Shown here in pieces: positions 1 to 8,900 of a stretch of DNA of 45,718 nt. A model generated the notes under the pieces. The model saw only the letters and a list, made by a program, of their open reading frames with translations. It did not search any database and was not told the origin of the DNA. Source of the stretch: Faecalimonas sp. (GTDB lineage Bacteria > Bacillota > Clostridia > Lachnospirales > Lachnospiraceae); assembly GCA_045577115.1 (NCBI GenBank), contig JAZNHX010000216.1:1-45718 (forward strand), in the 5' to 3' direction. Numbering within the stretch: the first letter of the stretch is position 1; the number at the start of each line of letters is the position of its first letter. Both the position numbers and the translations under genes were made by a program.

Positions 1-977
1 TTCTTCTGTACTTTTCTCAGTGTCTTTGTCGCATAGTAGTTAGCCTTTTCAGCATTGTTCTTGATAATGCTGTCAATATATGCTTTATCCTTCTCTAATC
101 TTGCAACTTCATCCTGCAATGGTTTCAACACAGACACAACAGCTTCGCCCACTGCCATCTTGAAATCACCATATCCTTTGCCTTCAAACTCCTTCACAAC
201 ATCCTGCTGTGATTTGTTGGTACAAGCACTGTAAATGTCAATCAGGTTCTTCACGCCCGGCTGCTCGTCGCGATACAGAATCTGTGCCTCTGAATCGGTC
301 ACCGCGCGTTTACATTTGCGAATAATGGTATCCGGATCGTCCATCAGATAAATACTTGCATTTGGATTTTCATCTGACTTTGACATCTTCTTCGTCGGAT
401 CCTGAAGACTCATAATCTTCGCACCGACCTTTCCGATATATGGTTCCGGAACGGTAAACACATCTCCGTAGATACCGTTAAATCTCTGTGCAATATCTCT
501 TGTAAGTTCCAAATGCTGCATCTGGTCAATACCAACCGGAACTACATCTGCCTGGAACAGTAAAATATCTGGTGCCATCAGTACCGGGTATGGGAAAAGT
601 CCTGCATTGATGTTGTCTGCATGTTTTGCTGATTTATCCTTGAACTGTGTCATACGATTGAGTTCACCCATATATGTGAAACAATTTAAAATCCATGCAA
701 GTTCCGCATGTCCTGACACATGTGACTGATAGTAAATACAGTTCTTCTCTGGGTCAAGTCCCGCTGCGATATACAATGTCAGAAGGGCTCTCGCTCTCTT
801 TCTGAGCGTTGCAGGATCCTGTCTTACTGTTATGGAATGCATATCTACCACACTGTAGAAACACTCGTATTCATCACTCAATGTCAGCCAGTTTTTGAGG
901 GCTCCCAAATAGTTTCCAAGTGTCAGGTTTCCGGTTGCCTGCATACCGCTGAATAATACTTTTTTATCATTTATCAT
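1..977 (-). CDS. trpS: Tryptophanyl-tRNA synthetase (3' end runs off window)
   Basis: Not in the ORF track. Manual translation from ATG at 977 gives MINDKKVLFSGMQATGNLTLGNYLGA (HIGH-like TLGN motif), later KKMSKSD; GAGGAGG RBS upstream; frame open to position 1. Confidence 0.95.
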   Translation of the reverse strand, partial: MINDKKVLFSGMQATGNLTLGNYLGALKNWLTLSDEYECFYSVVDMHSITVRQDPATLRKRARALLTLYIAAGLDPEKNCIYYQSHVSGHAELAWILNCFTYMGELNRMTQFKDKSAKHADNINAGLFPYPVLMAPDILLFQADVVPVGIDQMQHLELTRDIAQRFNGIYGDVFTVPEPYIGKVGAKIMSLQDPTKKMSKSDENPNASIYLMDDPDTIIRKCKRAVTDSEAQILYRDEQPGVKNLIDIYSACTNKSQQDVVKEFEGKGYGDFKMAVGEAVVSVLKPLQDEVARLEKDKAYIDSIIKNNAEKANYYATKTLRKVQK

Positions 978-1011
978 AACTGATTTCCTCCTCAAAAATT
1001 ATCATCTTAGT

Positions 1012-1620
1012 TTACCATTTTTCATCATATAAAACAATTGCTTCCTGCAATATTTTTTTCTCTCCGTTTTGAACTTCCACAATCGTCATTCCACAATTTT
1101 TATGTATGCCGCCTTGCCAAAAATCCTTAACAGTGTAACCTCTAAAAGCACCAACAAGGCCTCTTAACATTGCACCATGAGTTGCAACTAATATAGTGCT
1201 ATCCTGATACTTTGGATTCGAAGTTAATTCATCCAAGAAACTTTTCGCTCTGGAAAGCACATCTTCAAAAGCTTCAATCCCCTTTTTATCCACATATTTT
1301 TCCGGATGCTTAAAAAAGATTTCAATATCTTCGTCAATATCGTGCATACTGGTGGCCTCGTACTCTCCAAAGCCCATCTCTATGATGCGTTCGTCTTCAA
1401 TCAATTCAATGTCCCTGCCTTCGAGAATAATCTGAGCCGTCTCTTTCGCTCTGCAAAGCGGACTGCAAAAAGCAACATCGAAATGAATGTCCTTCATTCC
1501 CTCTCTTGTAAGCTCTGCAACCTTTCTTCCGTTTTCATTGAGCGGAATATCTGTTCTTCCCTGAAACAAATGTTGTACGTTCCAATCTGTCTCACCATGT
1601 CTCATCATGTATATAATCAT
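1012..1620 (-). CDS. Histidine phosphatase / phosphoglycerate mutase family protein
   Basis: RHGETDWN catalytic motif, SPLxRA, distal THG. Start moved to ATG 1620 behind a GGAGG RBS. Confidence 0.9.
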   Translation of the reverse strand: MIIYMMRHGETDWNVQHLFQGRTDIPLNENGRKVAELTREGMKDIHFDVAFCSPLCRAKETAQIILEGRDIELIEDERIIEMGFGEYEATSMHDIDEDIEIFFKHPEKYVDKKGIEAFEDVLSRAKSFLDELTSNPKYQDSTILVATHGAMLRGLVGAFRGYTVKDFWQGGIHKNCGMTIVEVQNGEKKILQEAIVLYDEKW

Positions 1621-1656
1621 GCTTCCTACCTCCACATACTTTCTTAAGTATAACAC

Positions 1657-1685
1657 TTGTTTTCCCGAAAAGAAATCATTATAAT
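1657..1685 (+). promoter_or_regulatory. Putative sigma-A promoter of luxS-deoR
   Basis: TTGTTT-17 bp-TATAAT about 30 nt upstream of the luxS start. Confidence 0.5.
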
Positions 1686-1715
1686 AAATTTATCTGATTT
1701 TTTAGGAGGAATACT

Positions 1716-2195
1716 ATGCAAAAAATTACCAGTTTTACAATAGACCATATCAAATTAATTCCGGGAGTATATGTTTCCAGAAAGGATCCGGTGGGTTCAG
1801 AGATGATTACAACGTTTGACCTTCGCATGACAAGCCCGAACGACGAGCCGGTTTTGAATACCGCTGAGATGCACGCAATAGAACATCTTGCAGCTACATT
1901 CCTACGCAACCATACAGAGTTCGGACCAAAGATTATCTACTTTGGACCAATGGGATGTCGTACCGGATTTTATCTGCTATTAGCCGGGGATTATGAATCA
2001 AAAGATATCATCGAGCTATTAAAAGAAATGTACACCTTTATCGCAGAATATGATGATGCGATTCCAGGTGCTTCAGCAAAAGATTGTGGGAATTATCTGG
2101 ATATGAATCTGCCGATGGCAAAATATCTTGCGAAAAAATATTTAGACGAAGTTTTGACGGGTATTACAGAGGAACGTTTGGTGTATCCGGAATAA
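1716..2195 (+). CDS. luxS: S-ribosylhomocysteine lyase (AI-2 synthase)
   Basis: SFTIDH, HAIEH, PMGCRTGFY and CGNY motifs; AGGAGG RBS. Confidence 0.97.
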   Translation: MQKITSFTIDHIKLIPGVYVSRKDPVGSEMITTFDLRMTSPNDEPVLNTAEMHAIEHLAATFLRNHTEFGPKIIYFGPMGCRTGFYLLLAGDYESKDIIELLKEMYTFIAEYDDAIPGASAKDCGNYLDMNLPMAKYLAKKYLDEVLTGITEERLVYPE

Positions 2196-2210
2196 CAGAA
2201 AGGAACAAAG

Positions 2211-2930
2211 ATGCTCAAAAAAGAAAGACAGGATCTTATCGTAGAAATGCTAAAAGAACAAAAATACTGCAGTGTCAGTATGATTGCAAATACATTGTAC
2301 GTTGCACCCATTACTGTGCGACGAGATTTGGCTGAAATGGAAACGGATGGAATTATCAATAGATGTCATGGTGGAGCAACATTGATTAACTCAGAGAATC
2401 GCGAAGTTCCTTTTGAACTTCGAACCAAAGAAAACTCCTCTGTCAAATCGTTGCTTGGCAAAAGAGCTGCAGAGATGCTTCAAGAAGGCGATACTGTTTT
2501 TATGGATGCATCATCTACCGTACTACATATTGCTGACTATTTACATGCAAAACAGAATTTGACAGTCATCACAAACAGTATTAAAGTATTGGAAAAATTA
2601 AAAGGGAAACAAATTCTCTGTTATCTGACAGGTGGGATGCTTTTAGAAAACTCCCATGCACTAGTTGGAAATGTTGCTGAAGAAACAATTTCGTCTATGT
2701 ATGCAGATATCTGCTTCTTCTCTTCTCAAGGAATTACAGAAGACGGAGTAATTACAGACTTTTCAGATGCCGAGACGAAACTTCGCAAACAAATGATTCG
2801 TAACGCCAAAAAAAGCATTTTCCTGTATGACCAATCAAAAGTAGGAAAACGCTTCCTTTTTAAAGTATGTGACTCACACGAGTTGTTTGCAATGATTACA
2901 AATGATGATGCAATTGAGGAACCTAACTAG
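2211..2930 (+). CDS. DeoR/GlpR family transcriptional regulator
   Basis: N-terminal HTH (TVRRDL...RCHGGA), C-terminal sugar-phosphate sensor (DASST, VITNS, TGG). Stop codon lies inside the IS target duplication. Confidence 0.92.
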   Translation: MLKKERQDLIVEMLKEQKYCSVSMIANTLYVAPITVRRDLAEMETDGIINRCHGGATLINSENREVPFELRTKENSSVKSLLGKRAAEMLQEGDTVFMDASSTVLHIADYLHAKQNLTVITNSIKVLEKLKGKQILCYLTGGMLLENSHALVGNVAEETISSMYADICFFSSQGITEDGVITDFSDAETKLRKQMIRNAKKSIFLYDQSKVGKRFLFKVCDSHELFAMITNDDAIEEPN

Positions 2931-2937
2931 GTTCCTT
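2916..2937. repeat. 22-bp direct repeat, left copy (IS target-site duplication; palindromic)
   Basis: GAGGAACCTAACTAGGTTCCTT, identical to 4583-4604; folds as AGGAACCTA-AC-TAGGTTCCT. Confidence 0.92.
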
Positions 2938-2954
2938 CAGAATGAAGACAAAGG

Positions 2955-2992
2955 CGGTACTAGAATGCAAATTCTAGTACCGATTTTCTTTT
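2955..2992 (+). terminator. IS-internal intrinsic terminator (plus strand)
   Basis: 12-bp stem CGGTACTAGAAT-GCAA-ATTCTAGTACCG followed by ATTTTCTTTT. Confidence 0.65.
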
Positions 2993-4417
2993 CACATGAA
3001 TTTTCGGCGCCCAAAATGAGTTTAACCAAGAAACAACACTATTAAGAAGCTCCCTTTGGTGCTTCATTTTTGCTAGTTTTTTCAGATTTAAGCACGCATA
3101 AGTAAGCCCGACTTTCATCTCCATTCGAGCCTTGCCTATCATCTGTGTATAACGGAAACCATGATGTTCTTTTGCTGTCCCAAAGAGCCGTTCAATGGTT
3201 TCTTTTCTTTTTGAATAAAGTTCTTTCATTCCAATTGTGTGGCGGATATCTTCACACATTTCCATATATTCTTCCCATACATGACGTGTGATGAGTTTAA
3301 CATGGTCTTTGCTCTCGGTACATTGTCCTAAGTGTGGACAGCTCGCGCATGTTGTTCCGCAGCTTTTGTATTCTTTATACCCGTGTCGATTTGTTGTGAC
3401 GTATCTTAAAATCTGGTCGTTTGGGCATATATAACAATCATAGTATTCATCGTATACATAATTCCATTTCTGGAAAAATCCTTCTTTTGTTTGAGGACGT
3501 TTGTATGGAAAAAGAGGGGTGATACCATCATCTATCAAAAGTTTTGCGATTCCTGGAACTTTATATCCGGCATCTGCAATTAATGTTTTCATTCCGATGC
3601 CTGAAAGTTTATCATACAATCCTTTGAATGTACGGCTATCATGATAATTACCAGGGTTGATTGAATACCCTAAAATCCAACCATTTTTATCACAAGCGGT
3701 TTGCACTGCATAAGCAAAAACACTTTTGTGTTCTCCCTTGTGAAACCAACCGCTTTCAGGGTCTGTTGTGCTACTTTTTTCTTCCTTTTCACTTCCACCT
3801 GAACCGGATGACGGCTTGTGGTCATCATCGTCCTTATCTTTTAATGGCTTTTTACCATGTGCATCACGGTCTTTATCGATTTCTTTTCTTAATATATCTT
3901 CATAAAAGAGTGCTTCCTGTTTTGCGATTCGTTTCTGCATCTTCTTATTGTTTGCTTTTGCCTTAACATGTGTTGCATCTACGAAAACTTCTGTCGGGTC
4001 TACTAGTTTAAACTTGTAGCATTCTTCTAAAATTTTGGTAAAGATTTGCTCAAAGAGATCTGTGTCCTTGAAGCGACGAGTATAATTCTTGCCGAAGGTA
4101 GTAAAATGAGGCACTTTATCAAACATATCTAATCCAAGGAACCACCTGTAAGCAACATTTACTTCGATTTCTTTGATGGTTTGACGCATGCTTTTGATCC
4201 CGTAAAGGTATTGTATGAAAGGAATTTTTATTAAAGTGACTGGGTCCATACTTGGGCGCCCTTGGTCTGGAGAATATTTTTCTTCCACCAGCTCATAAAT
4301 AAATGACCAATCAATCGCTTTATCAATAATTCGAAGCAAATGGTCCTGCGGAACCATGTCGTCCATACAAAACAACTGTATTTGTTCTCTTTTCTTGTCA
4401 GCATCTTTTGTCAACAT
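2960..4417 (-). CDS. IS1182-family DDE transposase
   Basis: DUF772-like N-terminus (VPQDHLLR, GRPSMDP, AYRWFLG), FVDATHVKA, ADAGY, Cys cluster CxxCP...C, RKETIERLFG. ATG 4417 has a GGAGGG RBS and a TG-A-TATAAT extended -10 at about 4441-4449. Confidence 0.93.
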   Translation of the reverse strand: MLTKDADKKREQIQLFCMDDMVPQDHLLRIIDKAIDWSFIYELVEEKYSPDQGRPSMDPVTLIKIPFIQYLYGIKSMRQTIKEIEVNVAYRWFLGLDMFDKVPHFTTFGKNYTRRFKDTDLFEQIFTKILEECYKFKLVDPTEVFVDATHVKAKANNKKMQKRIAKQEALFYEDILRKEIDKDRDAHGKKPLKDKDDDDHKPSSGSGGSEKEEKSSTTDPESGWFHKGEHKSVFAYAVQTACDKNGWILGYSINPGNYHDSRTFKGLYDKLSGIGMKTLIADAGYKVPGIAKLLIDDGITPLFPYKRPQTKEGFFQKWNYVYDEYYDCYICPNDQILRYVTTNRHGYKEYKSCGTTCASCPHLGQCTESKDHVKLITRHVWEEYMEMCEDIRHTIGMKELYSKRKETIERLFGTAKEHHGFRYTQMIGKARMEMKVGLTYACLNLKKLAKMKHQRELLNSVVSWLNSFWAPKIHVKRKSVLEFAF

Positions 4418-4505
4418 AAGCAATCCCTCCTGATACTTATATTATATCACGAGGGACAAAGATACTTAAAAACTATTATGTGAATAACAGATACTTTTTT
4501 CTTGA

Positions 4506-4565
4506 TAAAAAGGAAAAAATCCACAGAAATGTGGATAAATAGAAAAGACCGGACGCGAGTCCGGT
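4506..4565 (-). terminator. Two tandem IS-internal hairpins with minus-strand U tracts
   Basis: ATCCACA-GAAA-TGTGGAT (4519-4536) and ACCGGAC-GCGA-GTCCGGT (4548-4565), each preceded on the plus strand by A-rich runs. Confidence 0.55.
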
Positions 4566-4582
4566 ACTTTGTCTTCATTCTG

Positions 4583-4612
4583 GAGGAACCTAACTAGGTT
4601 CCTTATTTTTTT
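4583..4612 (+). repeat. 22-bp direct repeat, right copy, keeping the original U tract (probable deoR terminator)
   Basis: GAGGAACCTAACTAGGTTCCTT at 4583-4604 followed by ATTTTTTT. Confidence 0.9.
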
Positions 4613-4692
4613 ACCATGTTTTGTTTGTTTTTGTATTTTTTTGTTTCTTAGATTTGCATCAAAAGATAAATAATCAATATTTCGGACATCTA

Positions 4693-4721
4693 TTGACACA
4701 TTTGCAATCATTTCCTAAAAT
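4693..4721 (+). promoter_or_regulatory. Sigma-A promoter of gpsA-like gene
   Basis: TTGACA-17 bp-TAAAAT. Confidence 0.7.
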
Positions 4722-4750
4722 ATAGATATCTACGAATAAGGAGGACAATT

Positions 4751-5797
4751 ATGAAGACGATAACAATTATCGGTGCAGGAATGATGGGTTCAGCACTTGC
4801 GTTCCCTGCAAGAGAAAATGGAAATGACGTTCGTATTGTTGGTACACATTTAGATCGCGAAATCATTGAAGATTGTAAAAAAAGCAATAGACACACAAAA
4901 TTCACAAAGGATTTCCCGGAAGGCGTGAAATTCTATCACATTGAAGAATTACAGGAAGCAATCAAAGGTGCTGACTTTATCATCGGCGGCGTAAGCAGCT
5001 TTGGTGTAGAATGGTTTGGAAACGAAGTTTTACCACAACTGGAAGAAGGTGTTCCGGTTATTTCTGTAACAAAAGGTCTTATGAATACAGAAGACGGTAC
5101 TCTTCTTACATACCTTGACTTATGGCAGGCAAAATTAGACGAATTAGGAAAGAACATTCCACTCAATGCAATTGGTGGTCCATGTACAAGCTATGAGTTA
5201 GTAGCTCACGACCAGACAGAAGTTGCTTTCTGCGGTAAGGATATGGATATCTTACGCATGATGAAGGAAGCAATGGCTACACCATACTATCACATCAGTC
5301 TTTCAACTGACATTGTGGGTGTAGAAAGTGCTGTTGCATTAAAGAATGGTTATGCTCTTGGTATTGCTCTCACAATTGGCTTAAACCAAAAAGAATTCGG
5401 TTTAGACAGCGAATTGCACTTCAACTCTCAGGCTGCTGTTTTTGGTCAGGCAGTAAGAGAAATGCGCAAGTTATTGGTTATGCAGGGTGCGCCTGATATG
5501 AATAACCTTGTAATTGGTGCCGGAGACTTATATGTAACTGTTTACGGTGGACGTACAAGACTTGTAGGTATCTTATTAGGAAGAGGACTTACAATCAAAG
5601 AAGCAAAAGAAGAACTTGCAGGTGTAACACTTGAGTCCCTCGTAGTTGCTGAACGTGTTGCTAAGGCTGTTCGCGTGAAAGCAGAAAAAGGACTTGTAAA
5701 TGCTGACGAGTTTCCATTATTATTACATATTGATGAGATCATCACTCAAGGAAAGCCAGTTGACATTCCATGGGAGAAATTCACATTTGAAAAATAG
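4751..5797 (+). CDS. gpsA: NAD(P)H-dependent glycerol-3-phosphate dehydrogenase family protein (divergent)
   Basis: Rossmann GAGMMG, VTKGL, GGP, ALKN (catalytic Lys) and GDLYVT motifs. Confidence 0.75.
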   Translation: MKTITIIGAGMMGSALAFPARENGNDVRIVGTHLDREIIEDCKKSNRHTKFTKDFPEGVKFYHIEELQEAIKGADFIIGGVSSFGVEWFGNEVLPQLEEGVPVISVTKGLMNTEDGTLLTYLDLWQAKLDELGKNIPLNAIGGPCTSYELVAHDQTEVAFCGKDMDILRMMKEAMATPYYHISLSTDIVGVESAVALKNGYALGIALTIGLNQKEFGLDSELHFNSQAAVFGQAVREMRKLLVMQGAPDMNNLVIGAGDLYVTVYGGRTRLVGILLGRGLTIKEAKEELAGVTLESLVVAERVAKAVRVKAEKGLVNADEFPLLLHIDEIITQGKPVDIPWEKFTFEK

Positions 5798-5806
5798 TAA
5801 CAAAGA

Positions 5807-5849
5807 AGGCTGTGGTCTGGTAAACATTTACCAAATCACAGCCTATTTT
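5807..5849 (+). terminator. Hairpin terminator between convergent genes
   Basis: AGGCTGTG..TGGTAAA/TTTACCA..CACAGCCT followed by ATTTT. Confidence 0.6.
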
Positions 5850-5860
5850 ATATTTCCTAT

Positions 5861-6391
5861 TTATTTATGCAATACTTCCTTCTTCACATAGGCGAAGGTC
5901 TCTGTCTCGCCCTTCTCTCCCAGCATCTTTAACATCCTCGAAAGTAGTTCCCTCGTCTCATCATGCAGAGGTGTAATATCCTTCCCTCTCACATAATACT
6001 CATATGGTGCGTTATCATGGTAAGAATCTCCCATATATACCTTGCAAGCCGCAATACGGTCCATGAACATCTCTACCACATACTTCTCAGGCATACGCAT
6101 TCCTGTGATTCGCTTATCCGGTGGAAACCCATAATCTAACCAGTATTCCAGATGATGCTTGTTGCGTCCTTTGTGGTGAAGCCATGCAGAAGAATATCCA
6201 ATATCTTCTTTTTCTGCATTGTTGGGACTTCTAGTTCCCTGAAAATACTTCGCCCCCACGCGAAACTCTGTCCAGCTGTACTTCGACATGTCATGCATGA
6301 TTCCCTGCCAATACAGTCCCACTGCAAAACATCCCTTCGCAACCAAGGCTTTATGATATGTAATTGTACAAAAATGTTTCCAAACTTTCAT
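5861..6391 (-). CDS. DUF5662-type protein (HD-like His/Asp-rich)
   Basis: HDMSKY, AWLHHKGRNKHH and EMFMDR motifs. Confidence 0.7.
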   Translation of the reverse strand: MKVWKHFCTITYHKALVAKGCFAVGLYWQGIMHDMSKYSWTEFRVGAKYFQGTRSPNNAEKEDIGYSSAWLHHKGRNKHHLEYWLDYGFPPDKRITGMRMPEKYVVEMFMDRIAACKVYMGDSYHDNAPYEYYVRGKDITPLHDETRELLSRMLKMLGEKGETETFAYVKKEVLHK

Positions 6392-6405
6392 AATTCGTCT
6401 ATCTC

Positions 6406-7059
6406 CTATACAATCAAATGAGCTATATACAATATAAGCAAATGCGCTGGATAAAACAAGTAAAAAAATGATTTCATCTTCGGTCCCTGCTCTCCGTTAT
6501 GGAGTGCAATCAGCGGAAGTGCAAGAAGCGCATATAACTGAAACCCTCCTGTTAAACCCAGAAAAAGAGCCCCTGCAAGCACTAGTCTTCCCACCTTTTT
6601 ATCTCTATACATATAAAATGCAAAAATCAACAGAAGGCCAATATCGCAGTAATCTGTATTCAGATACTGACACATAAAAATGCTTAGTAAAAATATAGCC
6701 ACGAGGGCTCCGGTTTTTAAGCCCTGATGTTCGATTTTCTTATACGCCCAAAACATCAAAACTCCAAAAAACAACGTAAAAAATACATTCTGATGTGAGA
6801 ATTCCAGCACACTTCCCATAATGGCAAGATCATACGGAATCTCAGACAGTAGCGCAAATATTCCTAGGCGCAGCATGTATTTCGTGATATCTTTTGTGTA
6901 ATAGATGCCTTCTGCCAACACATACGCAAATATCGGAAATGCAATTCTTCCGATAATCCGAAATATCATTACTTCCGGAAAGAATATATGTCCTATGTGG
7001 TCGATAAGCATCGATACGATTGCTATCATTTTTAGTGTAAATGTATTCAGACCTCTCAT
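6406..7059 (-). CDS. TraX-family membrane acyltransferase-like protein
   Basis: LKMIAIVSMLIDHIG, GRIAFPIFA, SEIPYDL, QNVFFTL and FYLFYPAHL motifs; several TM segments. Confidence 0.85.
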   Translation of the reverse strand: MRGLNTFTLKMIAIVSMLIDHIGHIFFPEVMIFRIIGRIAFPIFAYVLAEGIYYTKDITKYMLRLGIFALLSEIPYDLAIMGSVLEFSHQNVFFTLFFGVLMFWAYKKIEHQGLKTGALVAIFLLSIFMCQYLNTDYCDIGLLLIFAFYMYRDKKVGRLVLAGALFLGLTGGFQLYALLALPLIALHNGEQGPKMKSFFYLFYPAHLLILYIAHLIV

Positions 7060-7063
7060 ACTC

Positions 7064-8746
7064 CTACCTTCCTACAAGCAATACAATTGTCCGTGCCGGA
7101 ACCATAACTTTTCGCTGCTTCTCATCGATAATTGCTCGCGAAAGTTCTTCAGCATTCATCTTCCCATCCGCGGTCGTAAACACGATGTGCCATACCTTCT
7201 GTTTACCCAATGTAGGCAACGCCATCTTCTGCTCACACCCCTGCATATTATATGCAACAAAGCAGTCTGTTCCATCCTTCGCATGATAGTAAATTCCCAG
7301 ATACGGCTCTTTCTGAGTCTCATCTATCTTCCAAGCATTTTCTCCGTGATAAGAAATATCCGGCACGCCATAACCGTGTTTATCCGTGCCCGTTAATAAT
7401 TTTTTTGAACCAAACACCGGATATTGCTTGCGGATGACAATCAAACTTTTTATATATTCAAAAAACTCTCTGTCCTTTTGAAGTCCGTTCCAATTGAGCC
7501 ATGCCATATCATTATCCTGACAGTACACATTATTATTTCCCTTTTGAGAATTACCAAACTCATCTCCCGCCAAAATAAGCGGCGTTCCCTGTGACAATAA
7601 AAGAAAGGCCATTGCATTTTTTCTCTGCTGCCTGCGAACCGCTAGTATCTCTTCGTTGCGCGTATTGCCTTCTCTGCCACAGTTCCAGCTGTAATTCACG
7701 CTCGGACCATCACAGTTATTCTCACCATTCGCTTCATTGTGTTTTCGATTATAAGAAACCATATCCGCCAAAGTAAATCCTGTATGGTTCGTAATGTAGT
7801 TATAGCTTCCGCATTCCTCCGAAATCTTCCTCATGCTTTGCATCGCAGTCTGAAGGACTCCCTTATCACCTCGAAGGAAACGTCTCATTGTATTTTGGTA
7901 ATCATCCTGATTGACTAGTATCTTCACACCTCTTAATATTGCATCAGTTCGGATGCTATCCATCGGTGATACATACGGATTTAGAATAAACCCATCCACA
8001 TGATATTCCATTCTATAATAACGCAGACAATCCACAATTCGCTGCTTTGGTGTCTGCTCGGTAAAAGGCATATTAAGAACCACTTCTATACCATTTTGAT
8101 GAAATACCTTCACCATGTCTTTGAATTCTTTTTCCGGGTTCTTCGATGCAGCATATCTCTTCTTTATAGCAAAGCAATTTGCCTCGCCATACCCCCAATA
8201 GTTGGTATATGGAGTCGCCTCATCAAAATCATAAATCGGCATACATTGAATCTGATTGATGCCGAGTTCCTTGAGATATGGAACCTTTTCTGTAAGGCCA
8301 CGGAATGTGCCTTTGTGTTTCACCTTTGAGGAGCGATGCATAGTAAATCCCCGCACATGCAATGAGTACGCAATCACTTCATAATTCGAAATACATAGAG
8401 GTCTGTCACCTTCCCACTCATATGCATCCATAAGAATCTTACCACGTACTTCACCTGTAAGAACATTCGTTGTGTACGCCTTTACATAAGGGTCTAACTT
8501 CTTGATACCATCTATCTCGTAGTTATATTCTTTTCCTTTTAACTTCGATACCGGCAAGGCCGCATAGCGCACTTCTCCTACCGCATTTTTCTCCGGCAAT
8601 TCGATACTAAGTTCCGGCAGTTTTTCACCTTTTTTATAAATGCACAGTCTGCATGTTTTACCGCTCTCCACTTCCACAGAAAAATTAACTATACCATTAT
8701 TTTCTGTAATTCCTAATGGCAGTGGATACCCTTTGATTCCTCTCAT
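7064..8746 (-). CDS. GlgX/isoamylase-like GH13 protein with degenerate active site
   Basis: CBM48-like N-terminus (GYPLPLG, DPY), HVRGFT, NYWGY, SYNRKHNEANGENN, SQGTP, GNNNVYCQDN. Catalytic motifs altered. Start ATG 8746 with a GAGGAG RBS. Confidence 0.85.
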   Translation of the reverse strand: MRGIKGYPLPLGITENNGIVNFSVEVESGKTCRLCIYKKGEKLPELSIELPEKNAVGEVRYAALPVSKLKGKEYNYEIDGIKKLDPYVKAYTTNVLTGEVRGKILMDAYEWEGDRPLCISNYEVIAYSLHVRGFTMHRSSKVKHKGTFRGLTEKVPYLKELGINQIQCMPIYDFDEATPYTNYWGYGEANCFAIKKRYAASKNPEKEFKDMVKVFHQNGIEVVLNMPFTEQTPKQRIVDCLRYYRMEYHVDGFILNPYVSPMDSIRTDAILRGVKILVNQDDYQNTMRRFLRGDKGVLQTAMQSMRKISEECGSYNYITNHTGFTLADMVSYNRKHNEANGENNCDGPSVNYSWNCGREGNTRNEEILAVRRQQRKNAMAFLLLSQGTPLILAGDEFGNSQKGNNNVYCQDNDMAWLNWNGLQKDREFFEYIKSLIVIRKQYPVFGSKKLLTGTDKHGYGVPDISYHGENAWKIDETQKEPYLGIYYHAKDGTDCFVAYNMQGCEQKMALPTLGKQKVWHIVFTTADGKMNAEELSRAIIDEKQRKVMVPARTIVLLVGR

Positions 8747-8900
8747 GTGTCTATTCTCCTCATCATTTCCACATGTAATAAGCACCATATCTATTATACA
8801 TGAATTTATTTTCCTTGCATAGTAAAATCTGCCTTGCAATTCTTGTCCTATTCTGATAGAGTAAATGTATCAAAACTATTCATTTTAAAGGAGACTTATT

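Larger units (their letters stand above)
2938..4582 (-). mobile_element. Complete IS1182-family insertion sequence (1645 bp)
   Basis: Perfect 16-bp terminal inverted repeats CAGAATGAAGACAAAG (2938-2953) and CTTTGTCTTCATTCTG (4567-4582), flanking 22-bp direct repeats, one transposase ORF. Confidence 0.92.

Noticed and set aside
2916-4604. The 22-bp palindromic repeat as a CRISPR repeat
   Set aside because: Only two copies 1.6 kb apart, abutting IS inverted repeats; no cas genes.
4466-4905. Short minus-strand ORFs 4466-4711 and 4708-4905
   Set aside because: They cross the IS boundary, low-complexity T-rich DNA or the gpsA antisense strand; no RBS or motifs.
6406-7059. TraX as evidence of a conjugative element
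   Set aside because: No relaxase, T4SS, pilin or integrase genes in the window; the flanks are chromosomal.
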